The notes: generated by a model not told the origin, from the sequence alone. A stretch of 64,000 bases of DNA from Candidatus Bathyarchaeia archaeon (GCA_050013255.1 JBEKFP010000001.1:512001-576000); one strand, 5' to 3'; shown: positions 1-10,650, counted from the first letter of the stretch. Program-made: numbers and translations.

Positions 1-2
1 CC

Positions 3-1616
3 CAAACCCGCGGTAGGGACGCGCAGCGCAACAACATTCTAGCGGCGAAGATTATTACTGAAACCATCCGCACCACACTCGGCCCCCAAGGTATGGATAA
101 GATGCTCGTATCCGGCATGGGTGATGTCGTGATTACAAACGACGGGGCCACAATCATGAAGGAACTGGATATTCAACATCCAGCCGCCAAGATGCTAGTT
201 GAAGTCGCGAAAAGCCAAGATAACGAGGTTGGCGACGGTACGACTACAGCCGTTGTCCTTGCAGGCGAATTGTTGACGAAGGCGGAGAAGCTTCTGGACC
301 AAGAGGTTCACCCCACTGTGATCGTCGAAGGGTACAAGAAAGCCTCAGAGAAGGCTTTGGAAATTCTCCGGGACCTTTCTATCGACATTCAACCCAACGA
401 CGAGAAGATGCTTAAGCTCGTTGCGATGACCTCGATAAGCACCAAAGCCACAGCTGGCACGAGCGAACATCTAGCAACATTGGCCACGCAGGCCGTAAGC
501 CAAATCACCGAGGTACGGGACGGAAAAACAACGGCTGACATAGACAGAATCAAGGTCTTGAAGAAGAAGGGTGAGAGCATGGAGCAAAGCGAACTCATTA
601 GGGGTATCGTGGTAGACAAGGAGGTTTCACATCCCCAGATGCCCAAACAGGTGAAAAACGCAAGGATAGCGCTCCTCAACGCGAAGCTTGAGATTGAGAA
701 GACTGAGTTCGATGCCAAGATTAACATTAACTCGCCCGACCAGATGAAGCGCTTCCTCGACGAAGAAGAATCAATGCTCCGTGGGATGACTGATAAGATT
801 GGAGCAAGCGGTGCTAACGTGATATTCTGTGAGAAGGGAATTGACGACCTGGCCCTTCATTTTCTCGCAAAGAAGAATATCATAGCTGTGAAGAACATTA
901 GCAGTAATGATTTGGAGAAGCTGGCAAAGGCTACTGGTGGAACAATCCTTGCGAGCACTAAGGACGTGGCCGCTGACACGCTCGGTGAGGCGAAGCTTGT
1001 GGAGGAAGTTAAGATTGGAGACGATAAACTCGTATACGTTCGCGACTGCAAAGACCCGCGAGCCGTAACTGTCGTTATTAGAGGCGGCTCGGAGCATGTC
1101 GTTGACGAGGCCGAACGCTCGTTCCACGACGCCCTTTGCGTGGTCAGGAACGCAGTAGAAGATCACAAGATCGTTGCTGGCGGCGGCGCACCGGAAGCTG
1201 AGACAGCGAAACAGCTACGGGAATTCGCCGTCAAAGTCGGAGGCCGAGAACAACTCGCCATTGAAGCCTATGCCGAAGCCCTAGAAGCAATTCCACTTAC
1301 AATAGCCGAAAACGCCGGGCTTGACCCCATCGACATAATGGTCGAGCTCAGGTCGAAGCACGCCGAACCTGGCAACAAATGGTACGGCGTCCAAGTAAAG
1401 ACGGGAAAAATCGCCGACATGCTGGCGGATAATGTGATCGAACCACTCAGAGTAAAGCAACAGGTTATCAAATCCGCAACCGAGGCTGCCAGCATGCTCC
1501 TCCGCATCGATGATGTCGTCTCTTCGAAAGGCTCGAAGGAAGGCGGACCGCCTGGCGGAATGCCAGGGGGTATGCCGGGCGGTATGCCTGGCGGAATGCC
1601 ACCAGGCATGATGTAG
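3..1616 (+). CDS. ths: Thermosome (group II chaperonin) subunit, 5' truncated by window edge
   Basis: Frame open from window start ([28 protein letters not shown]); ITNDGATI and GDGTTT motifs; C-terminal GGMP repeats. Confidence 0.97.
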   Translation, partial: QTRGRDAQRNNILAAKIITETIRTTLGPQGMDKMLVSGMGDVVITNDGATIMKELDIQHPAAKMLVEVAKSQDNEVGDGTTTAVVLAGELLTKAEKLLDQEVHPTVIVEGYKKASEKALEILRDLSIDIQPNDEKMLKLVAMTSISTKATAGTSEHLATLATQAVSQITEVRDGKTTADIDRIKVLKKKGESMEQSELIRGIVVDKEVSHPQMPKQVKNARIALLNAKLEIEKTEFDAKININSPDQMKRFLDEEESMLRGMTDKIGASGANVIFCEKGIDDLALHFLAKKNIIAVKNISSNDLEKLAKATGGTILASTKDVAADTLGEAKLVEEVKIGDDKLVYVRDCKDPRAVTVVIRGGSEHVVDEAERSFHDALCVVRNAVEDHKIVAGGGAPEAETAKQLREFAVKVGGREQLAIEAYAEALEAIPLTIAENAGLDPIDIMVELRSKHAEPGNKWYGVQVKTGKIADMLADNVIEPLRVKQQVIKSATEAASMLLRIDDVVSSKGSKEGGPPGGMPGGMPGGMPGGMPPGMM

Positions 1617-1703
1617 ACGATTCCAGAACTGCAGGAATCACAGCAGTAGTCTCCATCAACACAAGCAAACCTGACACTAGCCCTAACCTAGCGTCTGAAG
1701 CAC

Positions 1704-2102
1704 GTGGTTAAATTGGCAAAGAAACTGGCGGAGAGAGTCATCAAACTCATCGATGGAAAGAATTTTGCTTACCTCGCAACTCTCCTGCCAGATGGATCCC
1801 CTCACGTTACACCGATGTGGGTTGACCACGAAGGTGATATGCTCCTCATGAACACGGCAATAGGTCGCATTAAACAGAGGAACATCACCAGAGATCCCCG
1901 AGTATCAATAACCATTGTAGATTCGAACAACCCATACGACCGAATCGTCATCCATGGTCGCGTAGTAAGCCAAGCCGAGCAGGGAGCAGACGCACACATC
2001 GACAAGCTAGCAAAGAAATACACAGGCGCGAACAAATATCAGAAGGCTTCACCGACCGAAAAACGCATCATCATCAAAATCGAGCCATTGCGAATTCTCT
2101 GA
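1704..2102 (+). CDS. PPOX-class probable F420-dependent oxidoreductase
   Basis: LATLLPDGSPHVTPMW, K-RNI-RDPRVS and IDKLAKKY motifs. Confidence 0.88.
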   Translation: MVKLAKKLAERVIKLIDGKNFAYLATLLPDGSPHVTPMWVDHEGDMLLMNTAIGRIKQRNITRDPRVSITIVDSNNPYDRIVIHGRVVSQAEQGADAHIDKLAKKYTGANKYQKASPTEKRIIIKIEPLRIL

Positions 2103-2146
2103 GTCAGCTAAGACCATAAGAAACCAGTCAGCATGAAGATGCAACC

Positions 2147-3289
2147 TTGTCTGCATCTGCTGTTTCACAATCTTCCGTCGAGATTCTTCAAAGGCTAACG
2201 GAGTTTCCAACATATGAAGAATCTGGGATGAAAGCATGCTCTGAATTCATTTCAGACCAACTGGACAGGCTCGGTTGCAAGGTCAACGTCGATAAGTTGA
2301 ACAATGTCTACGCTGAAAAAACATTTGATCACGGCGAGGGCGTATTCCTCATCAACAGCCACTTCGACACTGTGCCACCTAACCCCAGATGGATAAGAAA
2401 CCCGCTCCGTGCTTTGTTGGAGGGCGACCGGCTCTATGGCCTTGGAACCTCAGACGACAAAGCTAGTGTCGCCTCGATTCTTTATGCGCTTGGTAGAACT
2501 GAGAATTGCCGATTCAAGAAACTTGAGCTGCTGTTCTCCAATTATGAAGATAACAGCACGATTTTGGATGGTGAGACTTGGCTCGGCACCCAGTACTTCC
2601 TAACCCACAACCATTTGGAATCCACCAGCGGCATTAACGTTGAGGGAACTGTTGAGAACGGGAGGTTCATGGTCTCTGTAGGATGCGGTGGCCGAGTAGG
2701 ATTCAATGTAACCAGCCTTGGAAAGGAGGCTCACTCATCAGACCCAAGGCAGGGACGCAACGCGATCTATGATATGATGAAAGTAATTGAAGCACTCCGC
2801 AAAATGCCATCGGCCAGAATGACCGTGGATGGCCACGAAGCGTACACTGAGCTTAACGTCAGCATGATCAAAGGCGGAATAGCGGTAAACATCGTCCCGG
2901 GAGAATGTGAGATAACGTGTGAACGCCGCGTGCTCCCCAACGAGGATTGGGACACGGTCAAGAAACAAGTCGACCAGACCCTATCGGGGGTGGGCGATGT
3001 CAAATTCAAAATCGAATACAAAAAGCCTCAACGATCCTACATCATAGACCGAACACACCCTGTGGTCACCCTTGCCAAGGAAAGCGTTGCAAAGGTCCTA
3101 GGATACTCGCCGAAGTTCCGGGTTGAATCGGGAAGAACTGACTCCACATATCTTGACCAAATTGCGGGCATAAAGACAGTAATTCTTGGACCCGGTGAAA
3201 CGGCCCACATCGCTGACGAATACGTCAATGTGCGGAGACTGGGGGAATTTAGCCGAGTACTCTACGAGATGTTGTCGAGGAGAAACTAG
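2147..3289 (+). CDS. M20 family metallopeptidase/deacylase (ArgE/DapE-like)
   Basis: NSHFDTVP, GLGTSDDKAS, GKEAHSS, NIVPG and AHIADE motifs. Confidence 0.9.
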   Translation: MSASAVSQSSVEILQRLTEFPTYEESGMKACSEFISDQLDRLGCKVNVDKLNNVYAEKTFDHGEGVFLINSHFDTVPPNPRWIRNPLRALLEGDRLYGLGTSDDKASVASILYALGRTENCRFKKLELLFSNYEDNSTILDGETWLGTQYFLTHNHLESTSGINVEGTVENGRFMVSVGCGGRVGFNVTSLGKEAHSSDPRQGRNAIYDMMKVIEALRKMPSARMTVDGHEAYTELNVSMIKGGIAVNIVPGECEITCERRVLPNEDWDTVKKQVDQTLSGVGDVKFKIEYKKPQRSYIIDRTHPVVTLAKESVAKVLGYSPKFRVESGRTDSTYLDQIAGIKTVILGPGETAHIADEYVNVRRLGEFSRVLYEMLSRRN

Positions 3290-3295
3290 TTCGCC

Positions 3296-3748
3296 CTAGC
3301 AGTAGTTCCGCTCCGAATCATCCTGAATCTTCGCTTGCAAATTCGATGAGTACAGTGTTGGGTTACCTTTTACGCATAGGAATACGAACGGTTCGTCCGA
3401 TTCATTACTGAACTGGTGAACCGCTCTTGACGGAATGAAAATTGTATCGCCTGGCTTCAGTGCCTTTAACGTGTGAGTCTCTTTCGAATGTCTCAGCAGG
3501 CCCCTGCCGCTTAAGACGTATACGTGATGTTCGTATGCGTGTTCATCTAGCGGCGTGTGACCGCCTTTTTCGAGTGTATACAATCTAAGTGCGAAGCGAT
3601 CCGACCCATGCCGTTCGTCGATCAAGTACCTTACTGTTACTTTCTCCGCGCCGTTTTTCGCTAAGTCCTCAACCGGGACAGCCGAGGCGTTCACGATGAA
3701 AATGTTCTGTTTTGTGGAGGTTTCTTGAACCATTCTGATTTCGCCCAT
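3296..3748 (-). CDS. Cupin domain protein
   Basis: GGHTPLDEHAYEH and PGDTIFIPSRAVHQF cupin motifs. Confidence 0.85.
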   Translation of the reverse strand: MGEIRMVQETSTKQNIFIVNASAVPVEDLAKNGAEKVTVRYLIDERHGSDRFALRLYTLEKGGHTPLDEHAYEHHVYVLSGRGLLRHSKETHTLKALKPGDTIFIPSRAVHQFSNESDEPFVFLCVKGNPTLYSSNLQAKIQDDSERNYC

Positions 3749-3887
3749 TTGGCAAATCCCTTCTCGCGCGTGTTGTCAGTTTGTATTTAGGTTTGTGCAC
3801 CTAACTCGTATGGAGCTGATGGACGAAGGGAAGGCTTACTAGGAATCAGGTTGCTCTCTCGAATAGCTACAATCTGAGAGACCAGCT

Positions 3888-4067
3888 ATGTCGGCCGCTA
3901 ATGATTCTGAAAAGGGAAAGTGGCGATTATCGCATGTGAGCGTTTATACTGATAATGTCTGTGAAACCTTTACCGACGATAAAGGCAAGGCCCACTACAG
4001 GTGGCTCTACCCTGATGGAAAAATGGAATATATTTGCGCCTGCCACCGCTTCTTAAACAAGGTATAG
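3888..4067 (+). CDS. Small hypothetical protein (59 aa, not in ORF track)
   Basis: Hand translation MSAANDSEKGKWRLSHVSVYTDNVCETFTDDKGKAHYRWLYPDGKMEYICACHRFLNKV; fills an intergenic gap. Confidence 0.45.
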   Translation: MSAANDSEKGKWRLSHVSVYTDNVCETFTDDKGKAHYRWLYPDGKMEYICACHRFLNKV

Positions 4068-4263
4068 CAGCAAGCCGCTCGGGCCACAGCTTTCGAGAGG
4101 GATGATTCAGCTTGGCTTTCTGCTCGATTTCACTCGTTTTCTGAATCGTTGCTTTCTCTTCTGTCGCTGGCGTATTCTGAAACCAGTTTTCCCCAACCTG
4201 TGTGGCACAACAACACTTCCCGTATTCTTCTATCTGTGAGCGAGAGCAATCGCTATATGGTTT

Positions 4264-4680
4264 GTGTACGTCCCACATTCAAACGGAGTAGTCAACTTGT
4301 CGGTTGATGAACTTTCGGGCAAAGGTTCAGCTGCGTGCCAAGAAGCATTTGCATACCTTAGAGAGCAAATGAAATCGGATCAAAACATTACTGAGAGCGT
4401 CGAATACGAACCGCTCAAGGATGCCGAGGCGCCAAGCTACAATGTTAGAGACACCCCGAGGCTGCGAGCCTTCTTCGGCGAGAAACTTGAGCTCTTCCTC
4501 TTCATACCGGAAAAATCTGTGGCCGGAATCAAAGCCGATACTTCTGTCCCCGAGGCTCTTAGGACATGGGTTGACAAAGCGCAGCTTGGTGGGATGAGCC
4601 GCCTTCTTAGAGTTCAACTTGCAACGAAAAAAGACGTTGAAGTCCTGATGCCCCTCATTAAGGCGGTAACACGCCAGTAA
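4264..4680 (+). CDS. Hypothetical protein
   Basis: 138-aa ORF with protein-like composition; start may be downstream. Confidence 0.6.
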   Translation: MYVPHSNGVVNLSVDELSGKGSAACQEAFAYLREQMKSDQNITESVEYEPLKDAEAPSYNVRDTPRLRAFFGEKLELFLFIPEKSVAGIKADTSVPEALRTWVDKAQLGGMSRLLRVQLATKKDVEVLMPLIKAVTRQ

Positions 4681-4693
4681 GAGAGATACCGCT

Positions 4694-5179
4694 TCAAGCC
4701 GTTGCGTTATACATACGAATGAACTCTGTGTCGACTACTCCTGAGACCACTTTTTCGGCCCCATCTGGTAGAACGACGCTTAAGCCGGCTGCATGGTAGG
4801 GTAATTCGAACCTCTCTAACTTGCCCGCATCATCTGTTTCGTAAACCTTTATCCACTTTCCGTCTTCTTGACGAAAGCAATAGAGCTTCTCGACCTTTCT
4901 CTCCCCGATTCCTCCTATCCGACCGCCCGCCGCGCCCGGAGCACTGGTTGGTAACTGGAGAACGTAGACGCAGTTCCTTCCTTGATTCTCGCGTAGGTCA
5001 ATGTTTGATTCGGCAACAAAGATCCGCCTGCTCTTTTCGCTCGCTAACTGCGTCAATTCCTCGAGAGGAGTCAGAGCTATCGCCCTTTCGGAGAGGAGTT
5101 TAGAAGGATTGCTAGGTAGAAATCTTAGTTCGCAGAACCGCAGGCGACTTGGCTGCGCTTTGAAGAACTCGTAGGGCAC
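4694..5179 (-). CDS. Hypothetical protein (true start probably near 5074, after the upstream gene ends)
   Basis: ORF with GAAGGRIGG motif; its first ~22 codons overlap the upstream gene. Confidence 0.6.
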   Translation of the reverse strand: MPYEFFKAQPSRLRFCELRFLPSNPSKLLSERAIALTPLEELTQLASEKSRRIFVAESNIDLRENQGRNCVYVLQLPTSAPGAAGGRIGGIGERKVEKLYCFRQEDGKWIKVYETDDAGKLERFELPYHAAGLSVVLPDGAEKVVSGVVDTEFIRMYNATA

Positions 5180-5786
5180 CCGTCTTCCTGTTCAGGGAGA
5201 GCTGTTTCTCACCCCTGAAGCTGCCAACCCTTGCGTCTTGGACTTCGACTAAATCTCCCTCGGAAATCGTTGGGATTTGGTTGTTCCATACGGCTAGGGG
5301 AATTTCCCCTGTGCCGTCAGAGAGCGTGACGGAGCACACTAAGAGAGGGTTTCCGTCCTTGGAGGTCACCGCTCTGACCTCCGATTTCTTGACAACTTGT
5401 GCTCTGAAGGAGACCCCTCGTGTTCCAAACTTTAGGCCGCTGATCTGCCTTTCGCCACGCGAGTTGACTTGGTGGGAATCGTCATGGTTTTCCTGATCAA
5501 AGCCAGATAATTCTTCGGGCAAACGCTTGAGCTTGCTGATGGAATCATTTGGAATCTTTGCTTGTGCTAGCGGCTTACCCTCAACGGAGAACATGTAAGT
5601 TGAAGATTGCTCCTCTCGGTTCCTGAGCTCGATGGAAAACTTCCCACAGCGTGAGTTTCCACGTTCACGTGCGGATACCATGGCTGTGTACAGTACGGGG
5701 GTCGTGAGGTTATGTTTCCTTGCCAGTTGCAGTAAGTAGACTAGGTCTCTATCTAGGCCACGCGTCTTTGGTAGGTTCCTTAGCAC
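5112..5786 (-). CDS. OB-fold nucleic-acid-binding protein (SSB/RPA-like C-terminal domain)
   Basis: LSDGTGEIPLAVWN..EGDLVEVQDARV OB-fold signature. Confidence 0.8.
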   Translation of the reverse strand: MLRNLPKTRGLDRDLVYLLQLARKHNLTTPVLYTAMVSARERGNSRCGKFSIELRNREEQSSTYMFSVEGKPLAQAKIPNDSISKLKRLPEELSGFDQENHDDSHQVNSRGERQISGLKFGTRGVSFRAQVVKKSEVRAVTSKDGNPLLVCSVTLSDGTGEIPLAVWNNQIPTISEGDLVEVQDARVGSFRGEKQLSLNRKTGALRVLQSAAKSPAVLRTKIST

Positions 5787-5906
5787 GATTATGATTGTTC
5801 AACTCGTAGACAGTATGGCGGCATAGGTTATAAATCGCCCGAAAAAGAGACCTGAATTTGGCGCTTTCAATGGCCCCTGCTCGATGAAAGGGGGCCTAAT
5901 TTGCGC

Positions 5907-6290
5907 TTACTTTGTGAAGTCTCTTTTGTCGACATAAACGTTTACGGTCTTTATGTAGGACGGGGCGTTCGACCCTGTTCCGGCAAGGGTGAATTGACTA
6001 TCCACTTGGAACTTGAAGTGCGCACCTTTGTTCTCGGCCGCGTAAGACAATGAGATTTCGCCGGGCCGACCTAGTTTGCTGCCTTCATGCCGGATGGTTA
6101 TGTTTCTGTCCCGTCCGGCAAACCAGGACTCAATTTCCTTGCGCATAGTGGGTTCGATAGCGTCGAATGGCATCCCCTTGTGTTCTTTTGCGAATTTGTC
6201 GGTAAGTGCTTTTCTGCACTCTCGGCTCAGCGTGGTCATGTAGACGAATGCTTTCTCAACGAGTGCTCGACCGGATGGTGTATCCGTCAT
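5907..6290 (-). CDS. Hypothetical protein
   Basis: 127-aa ORF co-oriented with neighbours. Confidence 0.7.
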   Translation of the reverse strand: MTDTPSGRALVEKAFVYMTTLSRECRKALTDKFAKEHKGMPFDAIEPTMRKEIESWFAGRDRNITIRHEGSKLGRPGEISLSYAAENKGAHFKFQVDSQFTLAGTGSNAPSYIKTVNVYVDKRDFTK

Positions 6291-6304
6291 ATCACATGAC
6301 CTCT

Positions 6305-6718
6305 CTAGCGTGCCTTCCTCTTCTGGAAGTATCGCCTTAATGGGTCCCAGTATGCTTCAACCCAGCCTTGCCGGTAGTTTCTGGCTTGGCTGGCCGGTAC
6401 GTTTGATTGGACCATGGTCACCTGTGTCCCGCCTTTCTTTTGTTTGAGTGATAGATTGAGGATTGATGGTGAATAGCCTTCCGGCCATTCCGTGGTCTTC
6501 CATTGTTGAACAATCAGTTTGGCCTTTTTCAATTTGAGATTCTTTCCAGTAATGTATCCGTCCCATGCAGTGAACCTTCCGCCAACCCTAGGGTTGGACG
6601 TTGCCTTCGAACCCGTAAACGCTGTGTGTATCTTCGCTTTCATGAACGCGCCATAGACTTCAGCCGGCTTAGCGGGGATGAATTTCGTCTGCCTTAATGT
6701 GGTAACCTTCATGTCCAC
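6305..6718 (-). CDS. SRPBCC/AHSA1 (Aha1-like) domain protein
   Basis: GGRFTAWDGYITG, IVQQWKTTEWP and GWVEAYW. Confidence 0.88.
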   Translation of the reverse strand: MDMKVTTLRQTKFIPAKPAEVYGAFMKAKIHTAFTGSKATSNPRVGGRFTAWDGYITGKNLKLKKAKLIVQQWKTTEWPEGYSPSILNLSLKQKKGGTQVTMVQSNVPASQARNYRQGWVEAYWDPLRRYFQKRKAR

Positions 6719-6796
6719 TTCAATTCACTTTAGAACTGTTTGAGAGAACTGATTAAAGTATTTGGAAAACACATGTGGAATAAGGCTGGCATCGTG

Positions 6797-7003
6797 TTGA
6801 GACCTTCAATCCGTTACGTGATCGCGGTTTTGGCATCTTCCGCGGGTGCGGTGGCATCTCTTACGTTGGGTGTGTTTGGTTGAAAATACGCTGTAGATCA
6901 CGGCATAGCCAACGGTTACGTAACGGCCGTCACCATTTCCGTGATCGGCGTAGTCCATATTCCAGCATACAAAGTGAAGAAACTACTGGTAGATTACTGG
7001 TAG
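6797..7003 (+). pseudogene. Small two-TM membrane ORF with in-frame TGA at 6881-6883
   Basis: MRPSIRYVIAVLASSAGAVASLTLGVFG*KYAVDHGIANGYVTAVTISVIGVVHIPAYKVKKLLVDYW; hydrophobic segments on both sides of the stop. Confidence 0.35.
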
Positions 7004-7234
7004 CAACCTAACCCTCATTGATATTCGCAGCAAGTTCCATTCTTTACCAAAATCGGGTTCGCCAAGATTGATGCGTTTTCTTCTCTGAGCATTCTCGGTT
7101 CACGGGCCTGCATGATGCATGCAAGTAGTGAGTCAAGAGTGTTGAATATTCGGCACGTTGACTGACATGCGCCCCTTCCCGCTTGATTATGCTTAAGTTC
7201 CGGGAGGGCAGCCCGTCCTGTTTGGCGATGTAAT

Positions 7235-7405
7235 ATGTGTCAATGCGGGCAATGCTACCACCCGTACTACTATTGGCGATTCTACGGGCCACTTCACGCG
7301 TACCCTGGGAATGCCTACGCCTTCCCATACTATGGCGCGTCCCCAAGATGCAGCGGCGGAATCGTAGCATCAGGGATCTATTTTCACTTGCCAATTGGGC
7401 CCTAG
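7235..7405 (+). CDS. Small Tyr/Pro/Cys-rich peptide (56 aa, not in ORF track)
   Basis: MCQCGQCYHPYYYWRFYGPLHAYPGNAYAFPYYGASPRCSGGIVASGIYFHLPIGP; 10 Tyr. Confidence 0.5.
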   Translation: MCQCGQCYHPYYYWRFYGPLHAYPGNAYAFPYYGASPRCSGGIVASGIYFHLPIGP

Positions 7406-7504
7406 ACTGCGTAGCTTTTCCATCTTCCGTTCAGAGCCTTTTGTTCATGGGATTCTGATTCCGTGCGAGAGCCGTCGCGATGTGTGGCCTAGTGTTGCTC
7501 GCGG

Positions 7505-8623
7505 TTACTTCACTATCGTGACTATATCGCGATCCTGGACAACATGATCCATGCCAACCCGTTGAGGACTGAACCTTACACTTGCCCCTGAAACCAGAGC
7601 ATACTTTGCTTCCCCTTCAAATTTCCTGTGAATTTTCTGACAGACATCGGAAACGGTGGAACCGGCGGTCATTATCAGGGGCTGCTCAAAATCCGGTGAA
7701 CTGTTTCGCGGTTTAAGGTAGATTTTGATTAATCTCATCCGGTCAAAGATAGCTGCCTTGAGTTTTTCGATGTTTATGTTTTGATCTGCAGATATTGGGA
7801 CCAGGTCTTCGCCTATCCGTTTTTTGGCTTCAACCACGTATTTGGGGCTGACCAAGTCGATCTTGTTCAATACACTCACCGACGGAAGATATCGACGATT
7901 TCCAGTCACTACGTCGATGAGTTGGTCATCGGTTATGTCTTCCCTGATGATGACGTTGGCCTGGTTGATTTTGTATATGTTCAGTATTGCTCGCGCAGTT
8001 GACTCAGTTAAGTGGGTTAGATTGCAGGCCGTCGTTATGCCGAGCCCGCCTTGAGAGGATTTGTTGATGGTCACATTTGGAGGTTGAGTGTTGAGCCGGA
8101 TTCCCATCTCATACAGCTCCTTTCTTAGAACGCTGATCTGGTCGGGTTGGAATACATCCAAAACTAAGAGGATTAGGTCGGCGTTTTTTGCAACGGATAG
8201 CACCCTCTTGCCCCTACCAGTTCCAGATGCAGCACCCGAGATGATACCTGGCAGATCGAGGATTTGTATCTTGGCGCCTTGGTATTCTAGCAGGCCAGGG
8301 ACAACGGTTAGGGTAGTGAAGGCGTACGGGGCGACTTTTGATTTGGCGTTCGTGAGCCTGTTGAGGATGGTGGACTTTCCAACACTCGGTAGACCGATGA
8401 GAACGACGGTGAAGTCGCCGCCTTTTCTTAACTCGAAACCCACTCCTCCCTGCCTGGACCCCTGAGCACGTTCTTGTTCGACTTTGAGCTTCGCGAGCTT
8501 CGCTTTGAGCAGACCAATATGGTGTTCAGTGTGCTTGTGAACCTGTGTTCTTTTCATCTCTTCTTCTATTGCGCGAATTTTCTCTGGCACTCCCAAGATA
8601 GTCTGCTCCAAACCCGAGGGCAT
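7505..8623 (-). CDS. DRG/OBG family GTP-binding protein with TGS domain
   Basis: GLPSVGKST, YAFTT, DLPG and NKID G-motifs; C-terminal TGS domain. Confidence 0.95.
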   Translation of the reverse strand: MPSGLEQTILGVPEKIRAIEEEMKRTQVHKHTEHHIGLLKAKLAKLKVEQERAQGSRQGGVGFELRKGGDFTVVLIGLPSVGKSTILNRLTNAKSKVAPYAFTTLTVVPGLLEYQGAKIQILDLPGIISGAASGTGRGKRVLSVAKNADLILLVLDVFQPDQISVLRKELYEMGIRLNTQPPNVTINKSSQGGLGITTACNLTHLTESTARAILNIYKINQANVIIREDITDDQLIDVVTGNRRYLPSVSVLNKIDLVSPKYVVEAKKRIGEDLVPISADQNINIEKLKAAIFDRMRLIKIYLKPRNSSPDFEQPLIMTAGSTVSDVCQKIHRKFEGEAKYALVSGASVRFSPQRVGMDHVVQDRDIVTIVK

Positions 8624-8666
8624 AGCCGAATAAGCAATAAACCGAACGGTGCAGCCTTAGGTTACA

Positions 8667-9719
8667 ATGACTCAATCGATGGTTGCCGCTAGGCTACATA
8701 CAATCGGTGAAAGGCTGAGTATAGACCGCGTAAGCGTACCTGACATAGCCCCCGATGAGGTTCTAGTCGATGTTAGGGCAAGCGGAATCTGCCACTCTGA
8801 CATTAACTACCGAAACGGGATTGCCCCCGTAGGCAAGCTGCCGATAACCCTTGGGCATGAGATTTCGGGTATCATAGAGAGGACGGGGGCGAAGGTGAAG
8901 GAGTTCCGCCCTGGGGACAGAGTTTTGGTGCATTACATCGTTAGTTGTGGAAGATGCGTTTACTGTAAGACTGGGCGTGAGAATTACTGCGCAGGCTATC
9001 GAATGATTGGGAAGGACGTTGATGGCGGTTTCGCCGAGTACGTGAAAGTTCCAGCTAGAAGCATTCTGAAAATTCCTAGAGGGTTTCCGTTTGAGCAAGC
9101 TGCGATAATGGGTTGTGCCGTCCCAACCGCCTACCACGCCCTCAGGCGAGGGAGGGTGAAACAGGGCGATACGGTGGTACTTTTCGGGGTTGGCGGCCTT
9201 GGCTTACATGCTGTTCAACTAGCTGCTAAGGCCTTCAGGGCTGGACTGATTATCGCCGTGGACATTCAAGATTGGAAGCTGAAGCAGGCGAGAAGCTTTG
9301 GGGCAAAGGAAACCGTAAACGCCGCGAACCAGGATGTCAATGAGGCAATCAAGAAGGCAACGGACGGGAAATTTGCCGATGTTGTGGTGGACTTTGTCGG
9401 CCATGAAACCACAGTTGAACAGGCGATCTCCTCTGTTGGGAAGGGCGGCAGAATGGTATTGGTAGGCATAGGAGCCAAATCAATCCAACTCTCTCCCTAC
9501 GAAACCATAATTGGTAAAGAGATGGAGATCGTGGGAGTAGATGACCACCTGAAAACGGAACTGATACAACTGGTCAAACTTGTACGAAATGGAAGAATAC
9601 ACCTTTCGCATTCAGTCACCCACAAGGTTTCGCTCGCGGACATTAACAGCGGCTTTGAAATTCTTGAATCTAACCGCGAAAACGTCATTAGAATCGTGGC
9701 AGCGAAGAAACAAACTTGA
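8667..9719 (+). CDS. Zinc-binding alcohol dehydrogenase (MDR family)
   Basis: GICHSD, GHE, CGRCVYC..C and GVGGLG. Confidence 0.93.
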   Translation: MTQSMVAARLHTIGERLSIDRVSVPDIAPDEVLVDVRASGICHSDINYRNGIAPVGKLPITLGHEISGIIERTGAKVKEFRPGDRVLVHYIVSCGRCVYCKTGRENYCAGYRMIGKDVDGGFAEYVKVPARSILKIPRGFPFEQAAIMGCAVPTAYHALRRGRVKQGDTVVLFGVGGLGLHAVQLAAKAFRAGLIIAVDIQDWKLKQARSFGAKETVNAANQDVNEAIKKATDGKFADVVVDFVGHETTVEQAISSVGKGGRMVLVGIGAKSIQLSPYETIIGKEMEIVGVDDHLKTELIQLVKLVRNGRIHLSHSVTHKVSLADINSGFEILESNRENVIRIVAAKKQT

Positions 9720-9732
9720 GTCGCTTACGGGC

Positions 9733-10137
9733 CTAGCTAGTTCTTTGGATTGATCCCCATTCTGTCTCTACGTGTCTAGATATTTCAGCGTCTCTCGTAA
9801 TTACGGCTGCCCTCATCTCCTTAGCGAGAGCGACGATTAAGGAGTCGAAGTAGGTTAGTCCTTTTGCTCTCATTTCCGCAGCCGTCAAGTGGGCGGATGG
9901 AGTTGTGGCCGCAACTCTACGACCTAGCAACGGTGCAAGCGCGGTCCAAGTTTCCGCAATCTCGCTTTCCTTGTACTCACTGTTTCGCATAACCAGATCA
10001 AATTCGGTCAGAGTCGAAGTGGGCACATAGGTCTCTTCCGCTGATTGAAGCGTTGTCAGGTAGGACATTCCCGTTTTGTGATATTTGTTAGCGGGATTCA
10101 TTGCACTAACAAGAACGATCGTATCGAGGAGTTTCAC
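9733..10137 (-). CDS. vapC: PIN-domain toxin (VapC-like)
   Basis: LLDTIVL, TLTEF, YFDSLIVA and ITRD acidic PIN motifs; GTG start overlaps the antitoxin TGA (GTGA). Confidence 0.85.
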   Translation of the reverse strand: MKLLDTIVLVSAMNPANKYHKTGMSYLTTLQSAEETYVPTSTLTEFDLVMRNSEYKESEIAETWTALAPLLGRRVAATTPSAHLTAAEMRAKGLTYFDSLIVALAKEMRAAVITRDAEISRHVETEWGSIQRTS

Positions 10138-10388
10138 GAAAGATTTTCCTCGCGGGCTAGTCTCTGGGCTAGCTTGTCTTCCTCGTGCCTCCGTTCTCTC
10201 CATGAATTCAGTTTCTTACGACCAATCTGTTGCGCTTTCCTCAGCTTGGCTTCTGCGGATTGCAGGCCGATCTTTCCAACTCCCTCAACCGTGACTAACA
10301 ATTCGCCTGGTGCGGATATTCCACTCTGCTCCCTGATTTCTTTGGGGATTACCAGACGTCCCTTGGCGTCGATCTCAACCGTTTTCAT
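10134..10388 (-). CDS. AbrB/MazE/SpoVT family antitoxin
   Basis: MKTVEIDAKGRLVIPKEIRE motif, directly upstream of the PIN gene. Confidence 0.88.
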   Translation of the reverse strand: MKTVEIDAKGRLVIPKEIREQSGISAPGELLVTVEGVGKIGLQSAEAKLRKAQQIGRKKLNSWRERRHEEDKLAQRLAREENLS

Positions 10389-10403
10389 AGCGATGTCCGT
10401 ATG

Positions 10404-10452
10404 AAATCCCACTTAATCAGGTTTGTGGGAAAATATGCATCTAGTGGGATTT
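10404..10452. promoter_or_regulatory. Inverted repeat upstream of TA operon, candidate antitoxin operator
   Basis: AAATCCCACT (10404-10413) / AGTGGGATTT (10443-10452) perfect 10-bp IR, with an extra GTGGGA between. Confidence 0.5.
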
Positions 10453-10650
10453 GGCGCGGGGGAGGGTATTCTGACTTCGATTTACCGGTACATATAGGCC
10501 CACGAGTTCTAAGATGATTGATGTTGTTTATCCGATACTATAATCGATGATCGGGGCGGGCTTTCGTGTGTCTGTCCACCAACAGTACTGTGTGGTGTGT
10601 GGGTCTAGTGGTGCGGTCAGATTTGTAGTAATGAGTGGTTACAGAGGTTA

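Noticed and set aside
1543-1613. 12-bp tandem-like repeats
   Set aside because: They encode the ordinary GGMP tail of the chaperonin.
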